A stretch of DNA of 50,484 nt, taken from contig CAZTRL010000003.1 in the NCBI GenBank assembly GCA_964616715.1, positions 1 through 50,484 of the forward strand. The letters are read 5' to 3'. Made by a program: the position numbers and the translations under genes. The first letter of the stretch is position 1; every line of letters starts with the position of its first letter. The notes beneath the pieces were generated by a model. It worked only from the letters and a program-made list of their open reading frames with translations. It made no database searches and was not told the DNA's origin. This document shows positions 17,183 to 26,485 of the stretch, in pieces. Source of the DNA: an uncultured archaeon (GTDB lineage Archaea > Aenigmatarchaeota > Aenigmatarchaeia > QMZP01 > JAFGSV01).

Positions 17183-18115
17183 ATGATTCTGGTTACGGGT
17201 TGCGCGGGGTTTGTAGGTTCCGCTTTGGTCAGAAGGCTCCTTGCGGAAGGGAATGAGGTCACGGGCATAGACGCGTTCAGGGATTTCTATCCGCGGAAGC
17301 TCAAAGAGAAGAACATGGAGAGCTTCTCGGATGACAAGAGCTTCACGTTCATCGAAGGTGACATCTGCAAGGCAGGCCTGGGAAAAATCCTAAAGAAGGG
17401 TTCTGTGGTGTTCCACCAGGCGGCGCACCCTGGCGTGAGGCAGAGCTGGGGGTATGAGTTCGCAAGCTACGTAAAGGACAACATCGAGGCAACAAAGGTG
17501 CTGCTGGACGCGTGCAGGAAAGCGGGAGTCGGGAAGCTGGTCATTGCAAGCTCGTCATCTGTCTACGGCAACTCGGACAGCGTCCCGGTCAAGGAGGATG
17601 CCGCCAAGAAGCCCGAATCCCCGTACGGCGTCACGAAGCTCGCCTCGGAGAACATGTGCTTCTCATACCAGAGCAACTTCGGCGTCCCGTGCATCGCCCT
17701 GAGGTACTTCACTGTCTACGGGCCCGGGCAGAGGCCCGACATGGCGTTCAACAAGTTCATAACGGCAGCGCTCGCCGGGGGGGACATAACCGTCTACGGG
17801 GATGGTGGCCAGACAAGGGACTTCACCTTCATAGACGACGTAGTGGAGGCCAACCTGCTGGCGATGGAAGCGGACTGCGCAGGAGAGGCGATAAACATAG
17901 CCGGCGGTGCAAGGTCAAGCATAAAGGACGTGCTGGAAATCATAGGCAGGCTGACTGGAAAGGAGATGCATGTGACATATTCCGGGAAGGAGGCAGGCGA
18001 TGTCAGGCACACGTACGCCGACATCTCCAAGGCAAAGAAGCTCCTCGGCTACGAGCCCAGGGTCGGTCTCGAGAGCGGCCTGAAGGCAGAGATAGAATGG
18101 CTCAAGGGCGGCTGA
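17183..18115 (+). CDS. NAD-dependent sugar-nucleotide epimerase/dehydratase (extended SDR)
   Basis: 310 aa. Motifs are ILVTGCAGFVGSAL and YGVTKLASE (YxxxK). Confidence 0.85.
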   Translation: MILVTGCAGFVGSALVRRLLAEGNEVTGIDAFRDFYPRKLKEKNMESFSDDKSFTFIEGDICKAGLGKILKKGSVVFHQAAHPGVRQSWGYEFASYVKDNIEATKVLLDACRKAGVGKLVIASSSSVYGNSDSVPVKEDAAKKPESPYGVTKLASENMCFSYQSNFGVPCIALRYFTVYGPGQRPDMAFNKFITAALAGGDITVYGDGGQTRDFTFIDDVVEANLLAMEADCAGEAINIAGGARSSIKDVLEIIGRLTGKEMHVTYSGKEAGDVRHTYADISKAKKLLGYEPRVGLESGLKAEIEWLKGG

Positions 18116-18137
18116 AGGCTCTCCGGTTGGTGATGGC

Positions 18138-19214
18138 ATGAGGATAGGCATACTCGTCTCCGGATTCCCGCCGGAGTTCATAGGGGGAACTGAGCTCCAG
18201 GCAAGAGGGCTTGCGAGGGAGCTCTCGAAGAACCACGACGTCACGGTCTACACGATGAAGGCCGGGACAAGGCCCGCGAGAGAGCGCTCCGAGGGCTACG
18301 AGATAAGGCGCATACGATACATAGATGTCCCGGTCCTCAGGTATTTCTCTTTTTCTTTCTTTGCCCTGGCGGAGCTGCTGAAGGGCTCCGGGAGGACCGA
18401 CATGTTCCATTGCATGTACGTGACCCCTAACGGGCTTGTCGGAGCCCTGTCAAAGCTGCTCACGCGAAAGCCTTTCGTGACCTCCATAAGGTGCACCAAG
18501 ACTTATGTGGCCGGCGGGATCCTGGGAATCGTCAACAGCTTCATATTCAGGATGTCCGACAGGGTATTCATACAGGCAGGCGCCCAGAGGAGCGCGCTTC
18601 TGAAGAGGTTCGGCTGGCTCAGCAGGTCCAAGGTGAAAGTGATAGGGAACGGTCTCGAGGGAACGGAGAAGCGTGCGCGCGGAACATCTGTCCTATTTCT
18701 TGGAAGGTTCACGAGGATGAAGGGAGTCGATGTTCTGATAGAGGCCATGAAGCTCATGGAACCCGGGAAGAGGCCGAAGCTCGTCCTTGCCGGATACGGC
18801 CCGCTCGAAGGAAGGCTCAGGGAGATCTCCCGAGGGCTTGACGTCGAATTCAAGGGGAAGGTGAAGCCTGAAAACGTCAGGGACGTGATGGCGGCGTCAG
18901 GCATATACGTGTTGCCCTCAGTATATGGAGAGGGAATGCCAAACACTGTTCTGGAGGCGATGTCCACTGGACTGCCCGTGATAGCTACAAGGATAGTCGG
19001 AATAGGGGACGACCTAGTAAAGGACGGGGAGAACGGTCTGCTCGTCCCGGCAGGAGAGCCCAGTGAGCTGGCCCGTGCCATAGAGCGCATCTCAACAGAC
19101 AGAAAACTAAGGGAGCGCCTGGCAGAGGGGGGATTGAGAGAGGCGGGAAGGCATGGCTGGAAGGATATTGCGGGAACTATAGTGTCAGAATACAGGACAG
19201 TTCTTGGAAACTGA
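18138..19214 (+). CDS. Glycosyltransferase, GT4 family
   Basis: 358 aa with the motif VLPSVYGEGMPNTVLEAMSTGLPVIATRIVG. Confidence 0.85.
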   Translation: MRIGILVSGFPPEFIGGTELQARGLARELSKNHDVTVYTMKAGTRPARERSEGYEIRRIRYIDVPVLRYFSFSFFALAELLKGSGRTDMFHCMYVTPNGLVGALSKLLTRKPFVTSIRCTKTYVAGGILGIVNSFIFRMSDRVFIQAGAQRSALLKRFGWLSRSKVKVIGNGLEGTEKRARGTSVLFLGRFTRMKGVDVLIEAMKLMEPGKRPKLVLAGYGPLEGRLREISRGLDVEFKGKVKPENVRDVMAASGIYVLPSVYGEGMPNTVLEAMSTGLPVIATRIVGIGDDLVKDGENGLLVPAGEPSELARAIERISTDRKLRERLAEGGLREAGRHGWKDIAGTIVSEYRTVLGN

Positions 19215-19253
19215 AATATTAAAACCGGAACTATCTATGAAACAGGTGCTTGG

Positions 19254-20603
19254 ATGAAGCTTCTAGATGTCGCAGGCAGGGCGTGCAGTTTCATACGGGA
19301 GGAATCCCCTAACAGCGCCGGGCTCATGAGGACTGAGAAGTTCGTCGTCGAGGAGAAGCGGTGGCTCACGGAGACATCGGACTGCGACGATTTCGGCGAT
19401 ATCGCGCCCTTCATGGCGTGGACGGACATGGGATCGGGCAAGAAAGCCAACCGGGAATGGGTCGACTCCCAGTTCAGGCTGATGAACCAGCTTCTCAGGC
19501 AGGATTCCGGATTCTTCTCGCCATACACGGGGAAGAATATAGGAAAGTCGCTCCTGTCCCCGTCTTATCCGCTGAACAACATGGACCTTCTCCTGGGCAT
19601 GAACATAATGAGGGTGGTTAGCCGGGACGACATGTATAAGGAAGGCTTCATAGCGCTTTGTGACGCGTTCATGAAGTATGCTATCAACGGCAAGGGTTTC
19701 GTTAGAAATGCACTTTTGCCGGCGCTGAGGGCATACTATCCCAGAAGGGGTTATCTGGGCTACAAGCCTGTTGCCTCCGGGGTGTGCATGGAATATCTGG
19801 CCGACGCGTTCGAGCTCACTGGAGATGAGAAGTACCTTGACGCTTCGCTTAAGATTGCAGGAGGGTTCACCAACACCCGCATCTTCGGTAAGCTCTCTTT
19901 GTTCACGGACAACGTCTATCCTGTAACCTACGGGCAGTCTGCCGTGTCTTCGATGACGAAGAGCAACACGAGCATGGCAAACGGCATTCTCAGGCTCTTC
20001 GAGGTTTCAGGTGACAAGCGCATGGAAAAGCTTTCTGAGAAGGCCGTCGGGGGGCTTGAGAGGTTCACAGCCCCTGGCGGGGCATTCTACAAATCGTATG
20101 ACACTAGAAGTGATAAGGTGGCGAGCAGGAAGGTCGAGAAGTGTGACAGCCAGTCGGCGATGGACGTGCTCATGAATGCGTACAGGATACTGAAAGACGA
20201 GTCATATCTGGAGAGGGCCACGGAGTGCGCAGGCTTCTGGATGTCACGCCAGCAGCAGACGGGGTTGTTTCCAGAAGGAGGGAGTGAAGGCGCGTGGTAT
20301 GGCTGCAATCTTGACTCGCATGCCGATATAACTGTCGCCTTGTCAAAGATATATTGTGTGAAGGGTGGTGTGAAGTACAAAAGGGCCTTAAGGTCCGCGG
20401 CGAAATCATTCGGCTTGTTCCTTTGCGACAATGGAGCGGTCTACGACGTTATCGATGCAAGGGATGGCAAGCCCATGGAGAAGCTCGGTGAGACCAAGAT
20501 GATAGGGGGCGGAGTCAAAGGAATGATGTGCACCAACACGGTGCTTGAAGGCGGAAACATCATGAAGGGCGAGAAGTACCGGCTTCTCACTAGGGACAGG
20601 TAG
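19254..20603 (+). CDS. Hypothetical soluble protein, possibly an (alpha/alpha)6-toroid fold; function unknown
   Basis: 449 aa, no TM segments, and codon usage like its neighbours. It shows a repeated helix-pair pattern (ELTGDEKYLDASLKIAGGF, ILKDESYLERATECAGFWMSRQQQTGLFPEG) reminiscent of AGE/GH-like toroids. I recognised no catalytic motif. Confidence 0.55.
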   Translation: MKLLDVAGRACSFIREESPNSAGLMRTEKFVVEEKRWLTETSDCDDFGDIAPFMAWTDMGSGKKANREWVDSQFRLMNQLLRQDSGFFSPYTGKNIGKSLLSPSYPLNNMDLLLGMNIMRVVSRDDMYKEGFIALCDAFMKYAINGKGFVRNALLPALRAYYPRRGYLGYKPVASGVCMEYLADAFELTGDEKYLDASLKIAGGFTNTRIFGKLSLFTDNVYPVTYGQSAVSSMTKSNTSMANGILRLFEVSGDKRMEKLSEKAVGGLERFTAPGGAFYKSYDTRSDKVASRKVEKCDSQSAMDVLMNAYRILKDESYLERATECAGFWMSRQQQTGLFPEGGSEGAWYGCNLDSHADITVALSKIYCVKGGVKYKRALRSAAKSFGLFLCDNGAVYDVIDARDGKPMEKLGETKMIGGGVKGMMCTNTVLEGGNIMKGEKYRLLTRDR

Positions 20604-20604
20604 A

Positions 20605-21867
20605 ATGGAAGTGATGAAGGCTATAAGGCAAAGGAGAAGCGTGAGGGTATTCAGCCGCAAGGCTGTGAGCAGGAATGCCATCGAAGGTGTCATAGAGGCC
20701 GCGCAGTGGGCACCGTCCGCTTGCAACAAGCAGATGTGGGAATTCATAGTCGTGAGGGAAGAAAGCGTCAAGAGGCGCATCGTGGAGGAGGCCAAGGCGG
20801 TCCCGTTCATGAGGAACGCTCCAGTCATCGTGTATGTCCTGTACCGGAAGGACGTCAACCCCGACAGGCATGCAAATGTCCAGAGTGCGGCGGCGGCAGT
20901 GCAGAACATGCTCCTTGCGGCGCATGCGAAAGGCCTCGGATCGGTCTGGGTATGTCAGTACGGCAGCGAGAAGGTGATAAGGAGGCTGCTTGGGATACCC
21001 CGCGCTTTTGTAATAGTCTGCGCAGTGGCGCTGGGCTACCCCTCGTCCAGGCCGGCCGCGCCCAGGAGGAGGCCTCTTGATGAGATAATCCATGAAGAGA
21101 CGTACTCATCCAGGAAGAAGGCGGCGGCAAACGATCCCGCTGAATGGGACGAAGGCAGCCTCACGGACTACAGGAATAAGGGAATAAGGGCGACATCACC
21201 GTCCGGAAACGCTCATGACCCGTCCTTCAGGGAGGAGATGGGTACCGAGATACTCCTCGCGGAAAGAAGCATAAAAGGGCTGAAGGTGCTCGACGTGCTG
21301 GGCTTCTCCGGAAGCTACACGACAAGGATTGCAGAGGCGCCAAGGGAGCTGCACGTGCACGACACGTCTGCGGAGTCGCTTGATTTCATAAAGGAAAGGC
21401 ACAGGATGGTCGGGGGGCGGGGAACGCTGAAAGCGAGCGTTGGCGGGCTCTACGAGCTTCCGTACCCGGATGCGAGCTTCGATGCGGTGACATGCTTCAA
21501 GAAGCTCGAGATGGTGCCGGAGCCGGAGAGGCTGCTTTCAGAGATATCGAGGGTGACGAAGAAAGGAGGAAGGCTCGTCGTGACATTCTGGAAGACGTTC
21601 AGCATCCCCAGCATCAACTATCGCGTCAAGGTGGGGATGCTGGGAAGAAGGGGCATGGCGAGCAATGAGGGCCCGGCGAAGCCGCTTCCTGCGGGCCGCG
21701 TAAGGGAGATGATAAGGAAGGCAGGTTTCAGGATTGTCAGCGAGACCGGGATAAACATAGTTCCTAACAGGTCGATAGGAAGGAGGCTTAACCTTGAAGG
21801 GAAGCCGTTCAGGGGGCCGCTGAAAGGTTTGTGCAGGACCATGTTTCTCGAATGCGAGAGATTGTGA
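20605..21867 (+). CDS. Fusion protein: N-terminal nitroreductase-family (FMN) domain plus C-terminal class I methyltransferase-like domain
   Basis: 420 aa. The N-terminus AIRQRRSVRVFS...AAQWAPSACNKQMWEFIVV...NMLLAAHAKGLGSVWV is nitroreductase-like. The C-terminus LKVLDVLGFSGSYT...FDAVTCFKKLEMVPEPERLLSEISRVTKKGGRLVVTFW is Methyltransf_11-like. Confidence 0.75.
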   Translation: MEVMKAIRQRRSVRVFSRKAVSRNAIEGVIEAAQWAPSACNKQMWEFIVVREESVKRRIVEEAKAVPFMRNAPVIVYVLYRKDVNPDRHANVQSAAAAVQNMLLAAHAKGLGSVWVCQYGSEKVIRRLLGIPRAFVIVCAVALGYPSSRPAAPRRRPLDEIIHEETYSSRKKAAANDPAEWDEGSLTDYRNKGIRATSPSGNAHDPSFREEMGTEILLAERSIKGLKVLDVLGFSGSYTTRIAEAPRELHVHDTSAESLDFIKERHRMVGGRGTLKASVGGLYELPYPDASFDAVTCFKKLEMVPEPERLLSEISRVTKKGGRLVVTFWKTFSIPSINYRVKVGMLGRRGMASNEGPAKPLPAGRVREMIRKAGFRIVSETGINIVPNRSIGRRLNLEGKPFRGPLKGLCRTMFLECERL

Positions 21868-21930
21868 GAATTGGTAGCGATTTGGGAATTTCATTAAAAG
21901 CTGGAAGCAGTTAAACACAAGTGTGAAGGT

Positions 21931-23229
21931 ATGGTCTGGGAAAGATTGAGGGTATTTGCCGCGTCCGTGATAGTGAGGCTCTACGCCATTGTTTTTAGGA
22001 GGGAGCCTGGAACCGTCGCGATGGGGTTCATCAAGAACCTGGGTTACATATTCACTGGCTTCACGGTGGCGAAGATAATATCGGTGGCGTTCCAGATTTA
22101 CACCGGGAGGATGCTCGGGCCGGTGGAATACGGGAAGTTCGCGATGGTCTACTCGCTCTCGCAGATATTCGTTGTCCCTATGCTTATGGGAGTCGGCTCC
22201 TCGATAGTGAACTACTTCGCCGGCAGCAAGAATGAAGAAGAGCGCAAGGTGATTTTCACCGGAAGCGTCTTCCTCATCTCGGCGTTCACTGCAGTGACCG
22301 CGGCCATAGTCGCCCTCTTTGCGAATGAGATTGCGGCGTTGACTGCAGTCAGTCCTGATTATGTCCTCGCCGCCGTCCTCCTGGCAGTCTTCTACAACGC
22401 ATGGGTGCTGCCCCAGAAGGTATATCAGATTACAGGCAGGATGAAGAGGCTCGGCACGCTTAACGTCGGCATGAACGGGCTCATGCTAGTGATGGTACTG
22501 GTGGCGTTCATGTATGGTAGCGACTCCATGATTCCGGTGGCCGTGATGTGCGCCGCGTATCTGGCAGCCGTAGTTGTCACGATACCCGAGCTGAGGAAGT
22601 ACATGTGCGCCAAGCTGGACACGACGTGGATGAAACGTCTGGCTGGCTACGGCGCGATAATAGTCGTGGGCATGATGTCTCTTGCGCTCACCGACAACAT
22701 AAACAAGATACTTCTCAACGTCTTCATGTCATTCCAGGAGGTCGGGCTGTACCAGGCTTACTTCTTCTCGACGCTCAACATGTCCACCTTCTTTGCGACG
22801 GCTGTGACTACCGTCCTGTTCCCGAAGGTCTCCTCCATGAAGGACAAGCATGCCATATTCAGCCAGATGAACAGCGTCCTCAAGATCACGCCCGTGCTGT
22901 TTCCGGTCATACTCGGCCTTTCCTGGGTGATAATGGTGCTTTATGGGAGCTCATACGCAGCATCCCTTCCGATGCTGGTTCTTTTCGTCATTGCGGCTAT
23001 GCTCAACTTCGCCCATATAATCTATGGGTGCATAGCGCTCTCAGCAGGAATGCGCGGGGTGAAGGTCAACACCGCATCGATGATAGTTATATCTGTGATA
23101 AGCGTCGGGCTCGCGTACATGTTCATACCGACGTATGGAATTTACGGGGCGATAGTCACGAGAATAGTGGCTTTCATCGCGGGATTCGTCTTCCTCAGGA
23201 TTGCGCTTGGACGTATAATTTCCAGATGA
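21931..23229 (+). CDS. Wzx-type (MOP superfamily) oligosaccharide/polysaccharide flippase
   Basis: 432 aa with about 12 TM segments. The N-terminal pattern KNLGYIFTGFTVAKIISVAFQIYTGRMLGPVEYG is typical of polysaccharide biosynthesis (Wzx/AglR-like) transporters. Confidence 0.75.
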   Translation: MVWERLRVFAASVIVRLYAIVFRREPGTVAMGFIKNLGYIFTGFTVAKIISVAFQIYTGRMLGPVEYGKFAMVYSLSQIFVVPMLMGVGSSIVNYFAGSKNEEERKVIFTGSVFLISAFTAVTAAIVALFANEIAALTAVSPDYVLAAVLLAVFYNAWVLPQKVYQITGRMKRLGTLNVGMNGLMLVMVLVAFMYGSDSMIPVAVMCAAYLAAVVVTIPELRKYMCAKLDTTWMKRLAGYGAIIVVGMMSLALTDNINKILLNVFMSFQEVGLYQAYFFSTLNMSTFFATAVTTVLFPKVSSMKDKHAIFSQMNSVLKITPVLFPVILGLSWVIMVLYGSSYAASLPMLVLFVIAAMLNFAHIIYGCIALSAGMRGVKVNTASMIVISVISVGLAYMFIPTYGIYGAIVTRIVAFIAGFVFLRIALGRIISR

Positions 23230-23233
23230 ACAT

Positions 23234-24778
23234 TCAGAGCACCTTGTATATAATGAATGCTGTTTGCCCCCTGGGGTTTTCGACCGTCGCGACTTGCTGC
23301 ATCCATGGGCTGGCCTGGATGTCGTGGAAGAGCTGGGACCTGAAAGTGTAGTCGGGCGGCACCCTTTCCCCGGTGTATGGGCGCTGTATCGGGGTCGTGA
23401 AAGGACCGTACATCATTGCGTATGTGTCATCGCTGGGATCTCTAGCGAACTCTCCGTAGACTGAAAGGATGAGGTAATCAACGCCGTTTTCAAGGAGCAC
23501 GCTCCTGTTAAGCCTGTCAGAGTAGAATATACCGTCAGTGGTGTCCCTGTCCGAGAGGACATCCGACGTGAGGTTGATGTAATGGGGGGCATATTCCGTC
23601 GCCACCAGGCCGTTGAACTGGAGCAGTTCGGTCCTCAGCGACTCGGCTCCCCATAGCATGGTTGAGTCTAGTGACATCATATAGAGCGAATTGGAGAAGG
23701 ACAATAACATCAGGAATACGAAGAGCGCTGTTATGGCCAGGGAAGTGTTTCCTCTCGTCCTCCCGCGGATGTGCATGAACCCCGCAGCGCAGAGCAGGGC
23801 AGCGAATGGGAAAATCGCCGAGTAGTATCTGAGCCTCACGATCCATGCGCAGAACATGAAGAGGAAGACGAATATGGTGAAGAACGCCGGAAGCCTGTTC
23901 TTTCTCCACGTCGAAATCACGCCTACCGGAAGGAAGACGAGAAGTGGGAACATCGCGAGCTTTGCGAAGTACTCTATGTCGCCATAATCGCCTGTCATAA
24001 GCTGCATTAGCCCCGAAAGTCTGGAACCGGTGACGGTGCTGTCAACCATATGTGTGAGGAGCATCATGTCGTCGGCGCTGCGTATGGACAGGACGACAAG
24101 GAAGGCCGATGCGAATATGGCGGCGCACAGGACGCCGCCGATGAGCATCTCCCTGGTGAGCATCTGTTTCCTTCTGAATATGAGATTGTATGATATCATG
24201 GCAGCGCATACGACGATGAAGGATATCTTCGTCAGCAGCCCGAGAGCCGCAACGACTCCGGCAAGGTAGAACATCCTCCGGTCGACCAGCGCGCGCTCGA
24301 AGAGTATTATGAAAGCCACGGAGAGGGCCATCATCGGTATGTCGGTGAGGAACTTGGAGCCCCACCTCCAGAACTGCGGGAAGCACATTAGCACGAGAAG
24401 CGACAGTTTCGCCGTCTTCTCATCAGTGAGCTCCCTGAAGAGCATGAATGACAGGATGAGCGAAAGTAGCATGAAGATGAGTGGTATCACATATCTTGCG
24501 CCGACAGTCCCAATGGCGGACTCAAAAACCGCGAAAAGAGCAGGAAGCATTGGAAGCCTGTGCAGGAACGTCTCCGTGTAAGTCCCCGTGGCCATGTGCC
24601 TTCCGAGGAGCATGTAGTCCGACCCGTCCGTTGTTATGGTTTCGGCGGAGAAGCACAGTGAATACACCGCCACTGCCGAAAGCAGGACCAGAAGGATGAA
24701 TGAGTTCTTCCTCAGAAAGGAGTACGCGGCCTCTCTGTCAATCTTTGCTGAAGAAGTTGGAAACCGACGCGCAGACAT
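23234..24778 (-). CDS. GT-C fold membrane glycosyltransferase (ArnT/PMT-like)
   Basis: 514 aa and polytopic, with about 140 aa of soluble C-terminus. The first loop is ETITTDGSDYMLLG (acidic). Its start overlaps the 3' end of the upstream aminotransferase by 41 nt. Confidence 0.7.
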   Translation of the reverse strand: MSARRFPTSSAKIDREAAYSFLRKNSFILLVLLSAVAVYSLCFSAETITTDGSDYMLLGRHMATGTYTETFLHRLPMLPALFAVFESAIGTVGARYVIPLIFMLLSLILSFMLFRELTDEKTAKLSLLVLMCFPQFWRWGSKFLTDIPMMALSVAFIILFERALVDRRMFYLAGVVAALGLLTKISFIVVCAAMISYNLIFRRKQMLTREMLIGGVLCAAIFASAFLVVLSIRSADDMMLLTHMVDSTVTGSRLSGLMQLMTGDYGDIEYFAKLAMFPLLVFLPVGVISTWRKNRLPAFFTIFVFLFMFCAWIVRLRYYSAIFPFAALLCAAGFMHIRGRTRGNTSLAITALFVFLMLLSFSNSLYMMSLDSTMLWGAESLRTELLQFNGLVATEYAPHYINLTSDVLSDRDTTDGIFYSDRLNRSVLLENGVDYLILSVYGEFARDPSDDTYAMMYGPFTTPIQRPYTGERVPPDYTFRSQLFHDIQASPWMQQVATVENPRGQTAFIIYKVL

Positions 24779-25829
24779 CCAGAATCTCCTCTTTCTTCAG
24801 GTAAGGGTTCATCGGAAGCGAAAGAATCTTTGAGGCTATGGATTCTGCGATGGGAAGCTCTGGGAATCCATAGTCCATGTATGCAGGCTGCTTGTTTATC
24901 GGGATTGGATAGTATATGCCTGACTCTACGCCGGAGCTCTTCAGATGGCTGAGGAGAGCGTCACGGCTGTCAGTCATTATGGTGTACACGTAGTAGGCGG
25001 CCTTGGCGTAGTCCTTCTCGGTTGGCAAGGCAACGTTTGGAGGGAGGTTCTTTGAGTACACGGCCGCCACGTCTCGTCTACTCTCGAGCCAGCCGGGTAG
25101 CCTCTTCAGCTCTATCCTTCCTATTGCCGCGAGTATCTCCGGCATCCTGTAGTTGTAGCCTATGACATCGTGCTCGTACTTCTTGTCCTTGGCCCTTCCC
25201 TGGTTCCTTATCATGCGCATCTTCTCCGCCAGCTCGGAATCTCCCGTGGTGACCATGCCGCCTTCACCGCACACCGTCATGACCTTGGACGGGAAGAAGC
25301 TGAAGGCGGCGGCTGTACCTATGGAACCGGCCTTCCGGCCCCTGTACTCGGCGCCATGCGCCTGGCATGAGTCCTCGAGCACGAAAATCCCCTTGGCCTC
25401 CGCAATCTCCGTTATGGGGTCCATGTCTGCAGGGTGGCCGTATATGTGCACGGGGATTATTCCCTTGGTCCTGGATGTTATCGCGGCTCCTATCTTCGCA
25501 GGGTCTATGTTGTGCGTGTCAGGCTCCACGTCGACGAGCACGGGCTTGGCTCCAGCGTGGACTATGGCATTTGCTGTCGCGATGAACGAATGCGTGGTGG
25601 TTATGACCTCGTCTCCATGGCCGACACCCATGGCCGCGAGGGCGACGCTGAGGGCGGACGTTCCCGACGAGGTCGAGACAGCCTCCTTTGTCCCGCAGAA
25701 GGCCGCGAACTCGCTTTCGAATCCCTGCGACTCCTTGCCCATGACGTACCTTCCGGACTCGAGGACGTCAATGACTTTTCTCTTTATTTCGTCATCAATC
25801 GCAAGGTTGGGACTGCAGAGCTTTATCAT
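24738..25829 (-). CDS. DegT/DnrJ/EryC1/StrS-family PLP-dependent sugar aminotransferase (WbpE/WlbC-like)
   Basis: 363 aa. FSFFPSKVMTVCGEGGMVTT contains the PLP lysine box. The pattern is typical of the family throughout. Confidence 0.9.
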   Translation of the reverse strand: MIKLCSPNLAIDDEIKRKVIDVLESGRYVMGKESQGFESEFAAFCGTKEAVSTSSGTSALSVALAAMGVGHGDEVITTTHSFIATANAIVHAGAKPVLVDVEPDTHNIDPAKIGAAITSRTKGIIPVHIYGHPADMDPITEIAEAKGIFVLEDSCQAHGAEYRGRKAGSIGTAAAFSFFPSKVMTVCGEGGMVTTGDSELAEKMRMIRNQGRAKDKKYEHDVIGYNYRMPEILAAIGRIELKRLPGWLESRRDVAAVYSKNLPPNVALPTEKDYAKAAYYVYTIMTDSRDALLSHLKSSGVESGIYYPIPINKQPAYMDYGFPELPIAESIASKILSLPMNPYLKKEEILDVCASVSNFFSKD

Positions 25830-25864
25830 GAGAAGACCACCATAGAGAAAATAGCAGTGTATGT

Positions 25865-26485
25865 TTAATATGCTTTCTCCCCGCTATCGAACGCGAGATT
25901 CGCTACCTCATTTATCTTCTTCGCGGGATTGCCTGCCACCACCGCACCTGGAGGGACGTCTCTCGTGACGACGGACCCGGCGCCCACAAGAGAGTCCTTG
26001 CCTATGGTGACCCCTGGGAGCACCGTCACGTTGGCGCCAATCTTCGCATTCTCTCCAACGGTCACGCCTAGAAGGTGCTCTTTCGCATGAGGGCTCTTCG
26101 GATAGGGGGCGTTTGTGAGCGTGACACCGGGCCCGATCCATGCGCCGTCCTTTATGTCGCTGTACTCCGGTATGAAGGCGAGGCTGTGCATCCTCACGCC
26201 GTTCCCTATCCTGCAGTCCCTCTCAAGGACGGCTCCCGTTCCTATGCTGACGTCGCTGCCTATGGCGCAGTTCTCCCTTATCATCACGCGATGCCCGGTC
26301 TCGAGCCTGTCACCTATTATGCTTCCGGCGTATATGACGGAATGCGAGCGTATGTTCGCGTCCTTTCCTATGGCGGTAGAAAGCTCCCCTTCCTTCTTTC
26401 CCCTGGGAGGCTCGCCTATTATGGAGAACATGCCTATCTCGGAACCGCCCCCGAGCTTGACGTTAGCGCGAACAGTTACATCCAT
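25865..26485 (-). CDS. Left-handed beta-helix (hexapeptide) acetyltransferase (WbpD/WlbB-like)
   Basis: 206 aa with hexapeptide repeats throughout (IGKDANIRSHSVIYAGSIIGDRLETGHRVMI...). The C-terminus is GNPAKKI. Confidence 0.85.
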   Translation of the reverse strand: MDVTVRANVKLGGGSEIGMFSIIGEPPRGKKEGELSTAIGKDANIRSHSVIYAGSIIGDRLETGHRVMIRENCAIGSDVSIGTGAVLERDCRIGNGVRMHSLAFIPEYSDIKDGAWIGPGVTLTNAPYPKSPHAKEHLLGVTVGENAKIGANVTVLPGVTIGKDSLVGAGSVVTRDVPPGAVVAGNPAKKINEVANLAFDSGEKAY

